64,000 bases of DNA from Malacoraja senta. Taxonomy: Eukaryota. The notes beneath the pieces are model-generated. The model was not told the DNA's origin, searched no databases, and saw only the letters and a list, made by a program, of their open reading frames with translations. Below, piece after piece: positions 1-13,308 of this stretch (positions within the stretch are counted from its first letter, which is position 1; the number at the start of each line of letters is the position of its first letter). The stretch is taken from assembly GCA_038087875.1 (NCBI GenBank), contig JAXLNO010000456.1, positions 62,001 through 126,000 of the forward strand. Direction: 5' to 3'. Both the position numbers and the translations under genes were made by a program.

Positions 1-1006
1 ACACCCAGGTCTCGCTGCACCTCCCCCTTATCTAACCTAACCCCATTGAGATAATAATCTGCCCCCTTGTTTTTTGCCACCAAAGTGGATAACCTTACAT
101 TTATCTATATTATACTGCATCTGCCACACTTCTGCCCACTCACTCAACCTGTCCAGGTCACCCTGCAACCTCCTAACATCCTCTTCACAGTTCGCACTAT
201 TATCCCAGGGATCAATCTGGTGAACCGACGTTGCACTGCCTCAATCACAAGGATGTCCTTCCTCATATTAGGATTATGTTTATTGTGACAGCATAGAACT
301 AGTGTGTGAACGGGCGTTGGATGGTCGGCATGGGCCGAAGGGCCTGTTTCCTATGCTGTGTGTCCACAACTACAAAGGTATGGGGTTACGCAGTGACCAG
401 AGTCTCACAATTCTCCAATATTACATCCGATATCCTGCCTGCCTTTATAAATACTTCATGTTACCACTTACCATTCTCTGCCTCAGGTGGATGCAGGTTT
501 TCTGGATGCTTTCAAGAGAGAGCTAGATAGGGCTCTTAAAAATAGCGGAGTCAGGGGATATGGGGAGAAGGCAGGAACGGGGTACTGATTTGGGATGATC
601 AGCCATGATCACATTGAATGGCGGTGCTGGCTCGAAGGGCCAAATGGCCTACTCCTGCACCTATGTCTATTTATTATCTCAATCCGCTGCTTGGTAATCT
701 GATTCCCTCTCCACCACCTAACAGCGAGATCGCGCAAAACTCTGCCCAACCGCTCCAAATGCCCACCGCAATCTCTCAATCGTCCTCTCTCTCTCTATTT
801 ACACACATAATCCAACTCCGCCGCCCGACCCGCTCTGCAATCCACGAGCCTCCCCTTTTCTTGGTGAAATGTGGAGAAAGGGTTGTGTGTCCATCTCACG
901 TAATTGGGTGACACCCCGGGCAAGGATTCAGTTGTCCGCCCGCCTGTGCCCGAGTCTCCCCCGACCCCCGGGGACTGACTCTCTGATTCTCTGCTTCTCC
1001 CCCCAG

Positions 1007-1539
1007 TCTCCGTCACCCTGGATGTGGAAACAGCGCATGCGCGGCTCGAGGTGTCTGAGGATCGGAAGAGGGTGAGATGGACCGGGACCGTGAGGAGTCT
1101 CCCTGACACCGGGAAGAGGTTTTACAGTGTATGCGTGTGTGCTGGGGATCGGAGGGATTCACATCGGGGAGACATTACTGGGAGGTGGAGGTGGCGGGGA
1201 GTCGGTACTGGAGTCTGGGAGTCGCCGCAGAGTCTGTGGAGAGGAAGAGACGGGTCACACAGACCCCGGAGACTGGAGTCTGGAGGATCAGGCGGTTGGA
1301 TGACGTGTTTGTTGCATTCACCTCCCCTCATCCCGTCTCCCCGCCCGTCCCATCCCCGGGAGGGTGGGAGTTTATCTCAGTTACGAGTCCGGGACAGTTT
1401 CATTTTACGACGCGGACACCAAGTCCCATCTCCACACCTTCACTGGAATAAATTCACGGAGAAACTTTATCCTTTCTTCAGGCCTTGGAAGGAAAACCTG
1501 TGGCTGAGAATCTGCTCCGGTTCCGCTCCGGGTGTGTAA
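1007..1539 (+). pseudogene. TRIM terminal PRY/SPRY (B30.2) exon with four single-base indels
   Basis: Acceptor ctccccccAG at 1005-1006. Motifs [25 protein letters not shown] and FTEKLYPFF are spread over different frames. Paralogous to the intact exon at 58850-59382. AATAAA near 1676. Confidence 0.85.
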
Positions 1540-2179
1540 AAGGGTCGGGTCCCGGCACCGGCGTCAGGAGCGGGGCTCAGAGGCTGTGGGGCAGAAACCC
1601 GGTGGACAACAGGTCGGCGCTGAACGGCTCCCATTTAATCCCCAAATCCGGGTCGTAAAACCCAGTGAGCGCGGAAATAAAACCTGGGGGAATGTAAATG
1701 TGGGGAAGAGTGAAATAAAGAGCAACTGGAATCAGAGCTGTCTGTCGATCCGTTCATTTTAACGCGTTAACCGCGTCCGGCAACGGAACAGAAATTACTT
1801 TTGTGAAAATATAAAGATTGAAACAATCTCCCTTCCCGCGGGTTCAGCAGCAGCCGCGGGCGGCGGGTCCTGAGCTCCGGGTTCCCCGGGTCCTTAAAGT
1901 CCGCGAATCTGTGAAGGGTGCAAAAGCCGTCTGGCAAAATAAAACCCCGGTAAAAATGACCATGTGCTGGTGCAAAATAGAAGGGCGGATTATTTGAAAT
2001 TAATAAAGGAGGGGGGGGGGGGGGGGGGTAAGCTGATGCCAAAGTCGCGAAGCAGAAGGTTTGTTAATTACGTGAAAATACTGAATTCTGTACGGTGAAA
2101 ACGAGAAGCTTGGGTGACGTGGATGGGGTGGGGGTGGGGGGGTTGAGATACAGAGGGAATGCCGGAGCTATCTGAAGAT

Positions 2180-2645
2180 GGGTGGTCTTAAATCGGGACT
2201 GTCATATGCTGAGAGAATGGAGCGGCTGGGCTTGTATACTCTGGAATTTAGAAGAATGAGAGGAGATCTTATTGAAACATAAGATTATTGAGTGTTTGGA
2301 TCTGTTAGAGGCAGGAATCATGTTCCCGATGTCGGGGGAGTCCACAACCAGGGGCCACAGTTTAAGAATAAGAGGTAAGCCATTTAGAACGGAGATGAGG
2401 AAACACTTTTTCACGCAGAGAGTTGTGAGTGTGGAATGCTCTCCCTGAGAAGGCGATGGAGGCTGGTTCTCTGGAAACATTCAAGAGAGAGCTAGATAGG
2501 GCTCGTAAAAATAGCGGTCAGGGGATATGGGGAGAAGGCAGGAACGGGGTACTGATTGTGGATGATCAGCCATGATCACATTGAATGGCGGTGCTGGCTT
2601 GAACGGTCGCATGGTTTACTCCTGCACCTATTGTCTATTGTATTT
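2180..2645 (+). mobile_element. 5'-truncated CR1 LINE 3' end
   Basis: CR1 ORF2 C-terminus ([16 protein letters not shown]..., [10 protein letters not shown]), the conserved 3'UTR and a (CTATTGT)n tail. Similar fragments at about 486-675, 3490-4295, 43455-44710, 58238-58662 and 60660-61520. Confidence 0.85.
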
Positions 2646-2783
2646 TATGGTTGTGTCTTGAAGCCGTGGGCAGCCGTGCGAGGATGTAACAGATTCCTAT
2701 GTTCACGAACTTCACTGACCAGCAGCGCTACGCACGATTTTGATCGAGCACCAAACGAACTAAAGCAATCCTGAAACTGATTG

Positions 2784-2965
2784 AAGGTGGACACAAAATG
2801 CTGGAGTAACTCGGCGGGTGAGGCAGCATCTATGGAGAGAAGGAATGAGTGAAGTTTCGGGACGAGACCCTTAGAAGGGTCTCGACCCGAAATGACACCC
2901 ATTCTTTCCCTCCATAGATGTTGCCTCACCCACTGAGTTACTCCTGCATTTTGTGTCCATCTTCG
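2784..2965. repeat. Inverted pair of Penelope-type terminal repeats (about 180-bp hairpin)
   Basis: 2784-2870 is approximately the reverse complement of 2873-2965, centred on gagaccctt-agaagggtctcgacccgaaa. Confidence 0.7.
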
Positions 2966-3084
2966 ATTTTATCCAGCATCTGCAATTCTTTCTTACACCT
3001 GAAACTGTTTGGTTTGTTGGAACGTGCATTCTTATCGGTTCCCTCGTATATATTGATTATTCATTAATAGTGGGTGAAATGTAG

Positions 3085-3483
3085 TATTGGCGAGACTGTC
3101 TGAGAAAGCTCGAACTGAGCCTGAATCGGACAGAGAAGAAAAGTAAACTTCACTGCGAGGCACACCAGGAAGAGCTGAAGCTGTTTTGTGACACAGACAA
3201 GAAACTGATCTGTGTGGTTTGTGCAGCTGGGCGGGAACACAAGTCTCACAGCGTCATGCCGGTAGACGAAGCTGTTGAAATCTACAAGGTAAAAGAAATC
3301 GGATTGTGATCACTTCCCTGTTTCATGACATTGTTTGTATCTGACTATCTTATTCTATTTTGTTTTTTTCACAACTCTAATCTAAGGCTGAGATCAAATC
3401 TTCCTTGGAATCTCTCACTCAAAATAAATTGGCGTTGGAACAAATGGAACAGCAACAGAAGAAGAAGATTTATGGAGTTCTGG
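3085..3483 (+). pseudogene. Truncated TRIM copy: B-box exon remnant plus 96-nt coiled-coil exon, RING absent
   Basis: Reads [28 protein letters not shown]...EHKSH, with a donor after ctacaag (3288). Exon 3388-3483 is followed by gtaagg and then CR1 sequence. Confidence 0.8.
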
Positions 3484-4728
3484 TAAGGTATAGGAGCAAA
3501 GAGGTCCTTCTGCAGTTGTACAGGACCCTAGTGAGACCACGCCTGGGGTATTGTGTGCAGTTTTGGTCTCCAAACTTGAGGAAGGACATTTGGTAGCAAA
3601 AACAGGAGGGCAGAGTACTATCTAAATGGTGCCAAGTTGGGAAAAGGGGAAGTACAACGGGATCTGGGGGTCCTTGTTCATCTGTCAATGAAAGTAAGCA
3701 TGCAGGTACAGCAGGCAGTGAAGAAAATGAATGGCATGTTGGCCTTTTTAACAAGAGGAGTTGAATATAGGAGCAAAGAAGTCCTTCAGCAGTTGTACAG
3801 GGCCCTAGTGAGACCACACCTGGAGTATTGTGTGCAGTTTTGATCCCCTAATTTGAGGAAGGACATTCTTCCTATTGAGGGAGGGCAGCGTAGATTCACA
3901 AGGTTAATTCCCGGGATGGCGGGACTGTCATATGCTGAGAGAATGGAGCGGCTGGGCTTGTATACTCTGGAATTTAGAAGGATGACAGGGAATCTTATTG
4001 AAACATATAAGATTCTTAAGGGTTTGGACACGCTAGAGGAAGGAAACATGTTCCCGATGTTGGGGGAGTCCAGAACCAGGGGGCCACAGTTTAAGAATAA
4101 GGGGTAAGCCATTTAGAACAGAGATGAGGAAACACTTTTTTACACAAAGAGTTGTGAATCTGTGGAATTCTCTGCCTCAGATACTATCAAGAGAGAGCTA
4201 GGTAGGGCTCTTAAAGATAGCGGAGTCCGGGGATATGGGGAGAAGGCAGGAATGGGGTACTGATTGTGGATGATCAGCCATGATCACATTGAATGGTAAA
4301 TGAAAACCTATAGCAAGAATGTCCTTCCTCAAATTAGGGGATCAATACTGCACATAATACTCCAGGAAGGCGGCTGGCGAGTCTGTGAACCACGAGATAA
4401 ACAGGTTACAAGGGACTCCTCGATGCAGTACCCTCCACCCCAGGTCCCCGATGTAGAAGGGGTATGATGGGTGACTGTTGGGCAGTTCTTCAGTCTGCCG
4501 TTCCATACACCTTTTTGTGAAGGTCTTGCCCCTGTGAGCACTTTTAAATCTTTCTTCTCTCACCTTAATTGCCCTCCGGCCATTGATTCCCGTTCCCTGG
4601 GGAATCTTCTACGGCATTATTTTTGTCATTTGCCTCATGGTTTAACATGCATCTACAATCCATGAATTGCGTGTGTGTGTGTGTGTGCGTGTGTGCGTGT
4701 GTGTGGGCATGTGTGTGTGGCCACAGTC

Positions 4729-4884
4729 CAGGGCCGGATTTAGATGAAGAGATGCCCTAAGCTGTTCCACTTGTGAGCCCCCCCACCCCCACCCAATTCC
4801 CCACCCCGACGACTAGATGAAGGTGGACCACCAAATTGACACCGATTTGCAGCCGTGTGGCCAATGAGATAAGGGGCTGGAAAG

Positions 4885-4917
<33 letters not shown>

Positions 4918-7900
4918 ATTGCCAGTGTTGAGTTATTGGCTTAAAACACTATTATTCTGAAATGGAGGGCAATCAAAATTACTGAAGGGTTGTTTAGAGA
5001 CTTCAGTGCATTGTGACAGCATATGTAAGAAAGGCCTATGACAGTGTCAAAAATATTATACACCTTGCAGGGCTCTCACTTAATTTTTTTTCTCTGTTGT
5101 CAGCCGGGCAACCTTGGCAGCTTTTTAAGTTGCCAAATGACATAGGTGGTCATTTAAGACGGCTTGCATGACGCGTGCGATAATGTGCCTGGATGAAGTG
5201 CCTAGTTACCAGTCGGAATTATGCTCAATGAAACACTCACATATTATTTCTGCTTCCAATAATGTCACAAACTAAACATATTCACCAATCAAGACATGAT
5301 ATATACCACCATGACTTGCAGCAAAATTATAATACAGTATCTCAACTCTTTTTACATGTTGCAATGAATGCAATTTCTATTATGTCATTCCACTTCCAAA
5401 CAAAAATGTGGTTGGATTATTCAGCGTATGATCAACCTCGGTGAGACCAAGCGCAGGCTTGGCGATCGCTTCGCACAACACCTCCACTCAGTTCGCAATA
5501 ACCAACCTGATTTTCCGGTGGCTCAACATTTCAACTCCCCTTCCCATTCCGAATCCGACCATTCTGTCCTGGGCCTCCTCCATGGCCAGAGTGAGTCCCT
5601 CCGCATCTTGGAGGAGCAGCACCTCATATTTGCTTGGGTAGTTTACACCCCAGCGGTATGCATATTAGCTTCTCTAATTTCAGGTAGTCCTTGATTTCTC
5701 CCTCCTTCCCCTCCCATTCCCAGCTCTCCCACAGCCTACTGTTTCCGCCTCTTCCTTTTTCATGTCACCCCCCCCTCCCCGACATAAATCTGAAGAAGGG
5801 TCTCAACCCGAAACGTCGTCTATTCCTTCGCTCCACAGATGCTGCCTTACCCGCTGATTTTCTCCAGATTTTTTGTCTGCCAATGGGCTCCCACCACTGG
5901 CCACATCTTCCCATCTCCTCCCCTGTTGGCTTTCCGCAGAGACCGCTCCCTCCGTAACTCCCTGGTCAATTTGTCCCTTCCCACCCAAACCACCCCCTCT
6001 CCTGGAACTTTCCCTTGAAACCGCAGGAAATGCTACACTTGTCGTTTTATTTAAGTTCAAGACTATGGGGCTGTACATTGGCCATAACGCTGCTGCCTAA
6101 AAGTGGCAGAGACCCGGAATCTGCTGGCAAATGTTAGATCTCTCCGGTACAAGATGGACGAACTCCAGCTTCTGATTCAGACCAACAGGAACTACAGCAA
6201 CTGCTCTGCCATCTGCCTGACTGAATCCTGGCTGGATCAGTCAGTGCCCGACCAAGCAGTAACGCTGCCAGGATATACACTTCGCCGAGCCGACAGGTCA
6301 GCTGAACTATCTTTCAAGTCATAAGGTGGTGGAATATGCATTATGATAAACCAACGCTGGTGCACAAACTCCACCTCACTCAGCCATGTATGTTCCCCAC
6401 TCTTGGAGCACCTTACTGCCACATGCAGACCCACCTACCTTCCCAGAGAATTTGCATCGGTCATTGTAATTGGTGTTTATATTCCCCCTGACGCTAATGC
6501 TAACGCCGCCATGAGCAAACTAGCCTGTCACATATCCGACACAGAAAATTCATACCCAGATGCAGCAATAATTGTGTTAGGTGACTTCAACCACACCAAC
6601 CTGTCCACTGAGCTTCCAAACTACCACCAGCACGTGACCTGCCCCAGCAGAGGGAACAACACGCTCGACCACTGCTATACCCCGTTTAAGGGGGCCTACC
6701 GTGCCTTTGTCGGAGCTCCGTTGGGCAAGTCAGACCACGCGATGCTGCTGCTTATCCCAAAGTACAAGCAAAAAATAAAATCCTCAAAAACTTCGGCCAA
6801 ATCTGTTAGGTCATGGTCTACAGACGCTATCGAAAAGCTGCAAGGCTGCTTCGCATGCACTGATTGGGAAGTTTTCCGCGCAGCTGGTGTCCTCCACGAC
6901 TACACGGACACAGTGACGTCATATGTCCAATTTTGCGAGCAACTCTGTATCCCTTCAAGAACGGTTAAACAATGCAACAATAAGCCCTGGTTCACAAAAG
7001 AAATTCAACAATTAAGAACTGAGAAAAATGCTGCATATAAATCTGGAAATAAGCAGGACTACATGGCTGCAAAATATAAATTAAGGTCTACAATAAGGAA
7101 AGCCAAACACAATTATGCCACCAAAATAGAACAAGAAATCTCAACCAACAACACTAGAACTGTCTGGAAAAAACTTCAGGAAATCACCAACTACAAAAAG
7201 AAATCCACCCCCATCCCTGATAATGATCATCAACTCCCAGATAAACTGAACACTTTCTATGGCAGGTTTGAACAGTCTCCAGTCCCTCCACCATCGTCCC
7301 CCTCTCCTCTTCCTCCCCCTCCATTCCACATCCAGGAGGCCGAGGTGAGGACTACCTTCAGGAGACAGAAGAAAAACAAATCTGCAGGCCCAGACAACAT
7401 CAGCCCAGCAGTGCTCCATCATTGTGCAGCAGAACTGGCCCCTGTGTTCACCAACATCTTCAATACCTCCCTCTGCCAATGTTCAGTGCCCCAGTGCTTC
7501 AAACAATCCACCATCATTCCTGTGCCCAAGTCTAACACAACATCCTGCCTCAATGACTACAGACCGATTGCCCTTACATCTGTGGCCATGAAGTCATTTG
7601 AGCGCATTATTCTCGCTCACCTCAAAACCAGCACTTCCTCAAACATGGACCCACATCAATTCGCATATAGAGCCAACAGGTCAGTAGAAGATACAGGCAA
7701 CCTGGCCATCCATCACACTCTGCAACACCTGGAAACTGCCAACACTTACGCCCGCATCCTGTTCATGGACTTCAGTTCAGCATTCAACTCCATCAACCCG
7801 GTCAAACTTTTCCATAAATTAACGGACATGAACATTGACCCCTGCATCTGTCATTGGATCTATAGCTTCCTTTGGAACAGACAACAGAGGGTGAAGATAC

Positions 7901-9190
7901 ATAACACCATATCTCACCCTCTGCACCTCAGTACAGGAGCCCCTCAGGGCTGCGTCTTGTCACCCTGGTTATACTCACTCTACACAAATCAACTCACATC
8001 CCAGTATAGTTCAGTCAAAATATATAAATACGCAGATGACACAACCATCATAGGTCTCATCTCTAACAACAACGAAACAGTATACCGCACTCAAACAAAC
8101 AAAGCAGTCACTTGGTGCACAGATAATAACCTCCTACTCAACACATCAAAAACACATGAACTTATCATTGATCTCAGACATAAGGCACAACCCAAGACCC
8201 CCCTACTCATCTCTGGCGAACCCATATCCACCACTGACTCATTCAAATTTCTTGGCACTCACATAAGCAATAACCTCAAATGGAAAATCAATTCAGATCA
8301 CATTTATAAAAAAGCCAACCAAAGACTTTTCTTTCTCCGTCAGCTCAAGAAGTTCAGAGTGAGGAAACATCTCCTAATCCGATTTTACACAGCCATCATC
8401 CAAAGCATGCTCACTTCATCAATAACAGTTTGGTACAGCAGCTTAGACACTCACTCCCGTAATAAACTACAGCGCATTGTCAACAAAGCATCCAAAATCA
8501 TCAGCACTCCCCTCCCATCAATAGATTCACTCAATCTCAAACGGTCTGTGTCAAGGGTGAAGAAAATCATTTCTGATCCCTCCCACCCAGCTCACCACAT
8601 CTTCCACCTGCTGCCGTCAGGAAGGCGCTACAGCTCACTGCCCGCCAAAACATCACGATTTAAAAACAGTTTCTACCCATATGCAATGCAAACTCTGAAC
8701 ACTCTATGACAACATCACATAGCCACCTCGTGCATGTACTGTATACTGTATGTTGTTGTGTTTTATGTTATGTTTGACGGGAATCAGCCTATTGTGTAAC
8801 ATCCTGTACTGAACATGAATTCCACCAGCTTGACTGTGTGGTCATTAAATAATCTGAATCTGAATCTGAATCTGAATTGATGCTGAATATGGGTGCTGTC
8901 TGTATGGAGTTTGCTCCTTTTCCCTTTGATCGCATGGGTTTTCTCCGGGTGCTCTTGTTTCCTTCCACATTCCAAAGGTGTGCAGGAACCTATTTCAGAC
9001 CCAACCCAAAACGTAATATTTTCCTTTTGTCCAGCGATTCTGTCTGACGTGTTGAGTTACTCCAGCTTTTTGTGTCTATCTTCAGTTTAAACCAGCATCT
9101 GCACTTCCTTCCTACACACATGATACTATACGATAGAACATTATTAATCCCAGGAGGGAAATTGTGTGTGTGTGTGGGTATATATATTAT

Positions 9191-9222
<32 letters not shown>

Positions 9223-10295
9223 ACGCACACGCACACGCACACACACACACATATATATATATTTATATAGTTATATATTCATATATAAATATACACCGTT
9301 TTGTTTTCTCGTTTATAACATTGTTTACAGAGCACTATGTTTACATATTCTGTTGTGCTGCTGCAAGTAAGGATTTCATTGTTCTAACTGGGACGTGAGA
9401 GAATAAAACACTCTTGGCTCTTGACTTACTCCGCTAATGTGTGGGAAAGAACCAGTGTACGGGTGATCAGTGGTCGGCGTGGACTCGGTGGGCTGAAGGG
9501 CCTGTTTCCACGCTGTATCTTTAAATTAAACTAAAGACACTAAAACCAGAGGGAGTCTAAAGAAGGGTCTCTACCCGAAACGTCACCCAATGTCTTCTAT
9601 CCTGAGTTGCTGGCTGCTCCATGCAGTTCCCCCGCACAATTAAAGCATGGAATAGTCTTCTCCCTACCATAGTTACCCAACCAGACGCAACTAAATTTAA
9701 GGTACCTCTTTTTTCCCCAAGAACCCTTTTTTGCTTAAGTCTAAGTCAATAGTCATGAGAGTTTTATTGTCATGTGTCCCAGATAGGACAATGAAATTCT
9801 TGCTTGCTGCAGCACAACAGAATATGTGAACATAATACAGAACAGGAGATAAAAGTTCAGTGTGTTTATAGACCATATATATACACAATAAATAAACAGA
9901 TAAAATGCAATAGGCTGTTATTGTTCAGCCCTCTACCACCTCCAGTTTAAATTCCATTTAGAATATTTATGGAGGACCAGGAAACCAGAAGCAAGAGTTA
10001 CTCCAGGGAGTTACTCCTGACCAGGGTCAGGGAGTGATTCTGCGTTGCTTTTCAGCGCTGGCGGCGAGGCCATATACGGATACGGATGGCCGGCGGAGAT
10101 GGAGAGAGAGAGATAGAGAGGGGGGCCGCCCAGAGTTGAACGGCAGGCCTCCTGCCTTGGCCGGAGGCCCCCTAGATTTCGAGGCCCTGGGCTTCAGCCT
10201 ATGAAGCCTAGTGGTAAATCCGGATCTGCGAGGCCCCCCTAGATCTCGAGGCCCTAAGCTTAAGCTTGTCCAGCTTATACGTAAATCCGGCCCTG
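4729..10295 (+). mobile_element. Non-autonomous hAT-like DNA transposon (composite), copy A
   Basis: TIR CAGGGCCGGATTTA at 4729 and TAAATCCGGCCCTG at 10282-10295. Carries Penelope and SINE fragments and a nested Rex1 insertion. Confidence 0.7.
6121..8873 (+). mobile_element. Rex1/Babar-type LINE, near-complete APE-RT ORF with one nonsense codon (6322-6324)
   Basis: ORF 6343-8709 contains APE motifs (GDFNH, SDH) and RT motifs ([23 protein letters not shown]). (AATCTG)n tail. The empty site is visible in the inverted copy at about 11690. Confidence 0.9.
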
Positions 10296-10410
10296 AGGCC
10301 ACCACATTTCAATTGCATAACACTCCAGGCAGGGTGCAGGCCACCACATTTCAATTGCATAGCACCCCAGGCAGGGTGCAGGCTACCACATTTCAATTGC
10401 ATAGCTCCAG
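10296..10410. repeat. About 41-bp minisatellite (reverse complement of 18696-18925)
   Basis: Unit aggccaccacatttcaattgcata..ccaggcagggtgc, about 3 copies. Confidence 0.85.
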
Positions 10411-11061
10411 GAAGGCTACAAGAAGATCTCCCCATCCCAATCTGAATCTGCCCACACTTCATATTCCCTTCAGATTTTTCGCGATAATTTTTTATTGTAG
10501 GGGCCTATGAAAATCGAAGAAATACTGCTGGTGTCACAAATCTGAAAGAAAAGCAAACAATGATACAAAAACTCTGCAGGCCAAGCAGTATCTGTGAAAA
10601 GAGAAGTAGTTAACTCCAAGTCTGAGTTGATCGAGGTGGTGGAGATACAGTTAAACATTATTGCATTCACATCCCCAAATTCAGTTAAATTTCCATGCCT
10701 TTTTTTTGACCAGTTCTATTTCCAAGTTCCTTGTGGCTTTATAATTTATAATTTGGTGGTTAAATGTAACTTGGTGGCAAAAACAGGAAAGTAGACTATT
10801 ATCTGAATGGTGCCCGATTAGGAAAAGGGGAGATGCAACGAAACCTGGGTGTCATGGTACACCAGTCATTGAAAGTAGGCATGCAGGTGCAGCAGTCAGT
10901 GAAGAAAGCGAATGGTATGTTAGCATTCATAGCAAAAGGATTTGAGTATAGGAGCAGGTAGGTTCTACTGCAGTTGTACAGGGTCTTGGTGAGACCACAC
11001 CTGGAGTATTGCGTACAGTTTTGGTCTCCAAATCTGAGGAAAGACATTCTTCTCTCTCCGT

Positions 11062-11120
11062 TCACCCGCAGACTCTGTGACCTTGGACTTGGAAACAGCG
11101 TGTCCGAAACTTGAAGTGGC
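11062..11120 (+). pseudogene. Short remnant of a TRIM PRY exon start
   Basis: Acceptor cccgcAG followed by (D)[15 protein letters not shown], homologous to the other PRY exon starts. Confidence 0.55.
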
Positions 11121-11346
11121 CGACTGTCATAAGCTGGGAGAATGGAGCGTACACTAGTTCTTTCGCACACATTAGCGGAGTAAGTCAAGATTCAAGAGTG
11201 TTTTATTCTCTCACGTCCCAGTTTGAACAATGAAATCCTTACTTGCAGCAGCACAACAGAATATGTAAACATAGTACTCTGTAAACAATATTATAAACGA
11301 GAAAACAAAACGGTGTATATTTATATATGAATATATAACTATATAA

Positions 11347-11380
<34 letters not shown>

Positions 11381-11747
11381 ATAATATATATACCCACACA
11401 CACACACAATTTCCCTCCTGGGATTAATGTTCTATCGTATAGTATCATGTGTGTAGGAAGGAAGTGCAGATGCTGGTTTAAACGGAAGATAGACATAAAA
11501 AGCTGGAGTAACTCAACAGGTCAGGCAGAATCTCTGGACAAAAGGAAAATATTAGGTTTTGGGTTGGGTCTGAAATAGGTTCCTGCACACCTTTGGAATG
11601 TGGAAGGAAACAAGAGCACCCGGAGAAAACCCATTTGATCCAAGGGAAAAGGAGCAAACTCCATCCAGACAGCACCCATATTCAGGATCAATTCCGGGTC
11701 TCTGGCACTTTTAGGCAGCAACTTTATGGCCAATGTACAGCCCCAAT

Positions 11748-12951
11748 GTACAGCCCCACATCTGGAGCGCCCTGGCTCATATGTGAGGATGTTATTTGTA
11801 GACTTTAGTTCTGCGTTTAATACCATCATCCCCAGCAGAATGGTGGACAAACTGTCTGATCTGGGTGTCAATGCAAATACATGCAGATGGATTAAGGACT
11901 TCTTAACAGATCGCCCACAGACTGTCAGGATGGGGTCCAATTACTCCCCAGTCCTGACGCTCAGCACAGGAGCGCCACAAGGTTGTGTGCTGAGTCCTAT
12001 CTTGTATACAATATACACTTATGACTGCACACCAACACACAGTACAAACAGGATCATCAAGTTTGCGGACGACACGACTGTGGTGGGACTGATAAAGAAC
12101 AGCGACGAGTCTGCCTACAGAGATGAAGTCCAAAAACTGACTGTCTGGTGTACCAAAAACAACCTGGTACTCAACCCATCAAAGACAAAAGAACTGGTCG
12201 TTGACTTCAGGAGGAAGAGGAGAGAGGAACCTGCTCCTCTATACATCAAAGGAGACATGGTGGAGAGAGTCACTGGCTTTAAATTCCTGGGAATAAACAT
12301 CTCCCAGGACCTCAAATGGCAAGTGAACATTGTCACTCTCGTGAAGAAGTCACAGCAGCGGCTGTATTTCCTGAGATCTCTGCGGAGAGCAAACGTCTCA
12401 CAGCCGCCGCTGCAGTCCTTCTACCGATGCGCCGTGGAAAGTATCCTCTCCTATGGCATCCTGGTGTGGTTTGCTAGCTGCACTGTGGCTGAGAGGAGGG
12501 CGCTGCAGAGAGTTATAAAAACTGCACAGAGCATCACAAACGCTCAACTGCCCTCCTTGGATGATATATATAGGGCCCGATGCTGCCACAAACATCAAGC
12601 AGGACACATCCCACCCTGCCAACCACCTTTTCACTCTGCTACCCTCTGGGAGGCGATTCAGGTCTGTGAAGGCTCGCACCGGCAGACTAAAAAATAGTTT
12701 CTACCCATGTGCGATAAAATAACTTAATTCCAACAGAGAACACTGGGGAAGCAAAATGTAATTCCAAGAAATGCAACATTCTTTTAAAATTCTTTTTAAA
12801 TACTTATTTATTATTTTACTAATAAGTGTACATATGTGTTAATGGTTGTCGTGTTTGTATTTTTTAACCGGAGGAGATGCAATGGAATTTCGTTGCACAG
12901 TATTGTGCAATGACAATAAACGTATTCTATTCTATTCTATTCTATTCTATT
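11748..12951 (+). mobile_element. 5'-truncated Rex1/Babar-type LINE
   Basis: RT motifs [27 protein letters not shown] and [10 protein letters not shown]. (ATTCT)n tail. Confidence 0.9.
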
Positions 12952-13308
12952 CCATAGTCTTGAACTTAATTAAAACGACAAGTGTGGCATTTCCTGCGTT
13001 TGCAAGGGAAAGTGCCAGAGGTCCGAAAGCCGTTGGAGAGGTCGCAGAGGGAGGAGCTACAACCGAGCGGTAGGACTTAAAAAGGAGAACCCAAATCGGC
13101 AACGTTCCACTTCAAAAACAAGTGGGTTTGAGGAAGCCGCTGATTGGTGGACGCAGACAAGAGGGAGCAGCTGATTGGGAGTCAGATCCCTGCTGATTGT
13201 ACTGTATTGTAGCAGTTTGTTTTGTATTGTAGCAGTTTGTTTTGTATTGTAGCAGCTTGTTTTGTATTGTAGCAGGTTGTTTTGTATTATATCCAGGGTA
13301 AGGGGAGT

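Noticed and set aside
3405..3596. Apparent TRIM-CR1 fusion ORF (also 60511-60768)
   Set aside because: It is read-through past a splice donor into a CR1 fragment, with no evidence of exonisation.
9072..9398. His/Thr-rich ORFs
   Set aside because: They are translations of (CA)n and (TA)n microsatellites.
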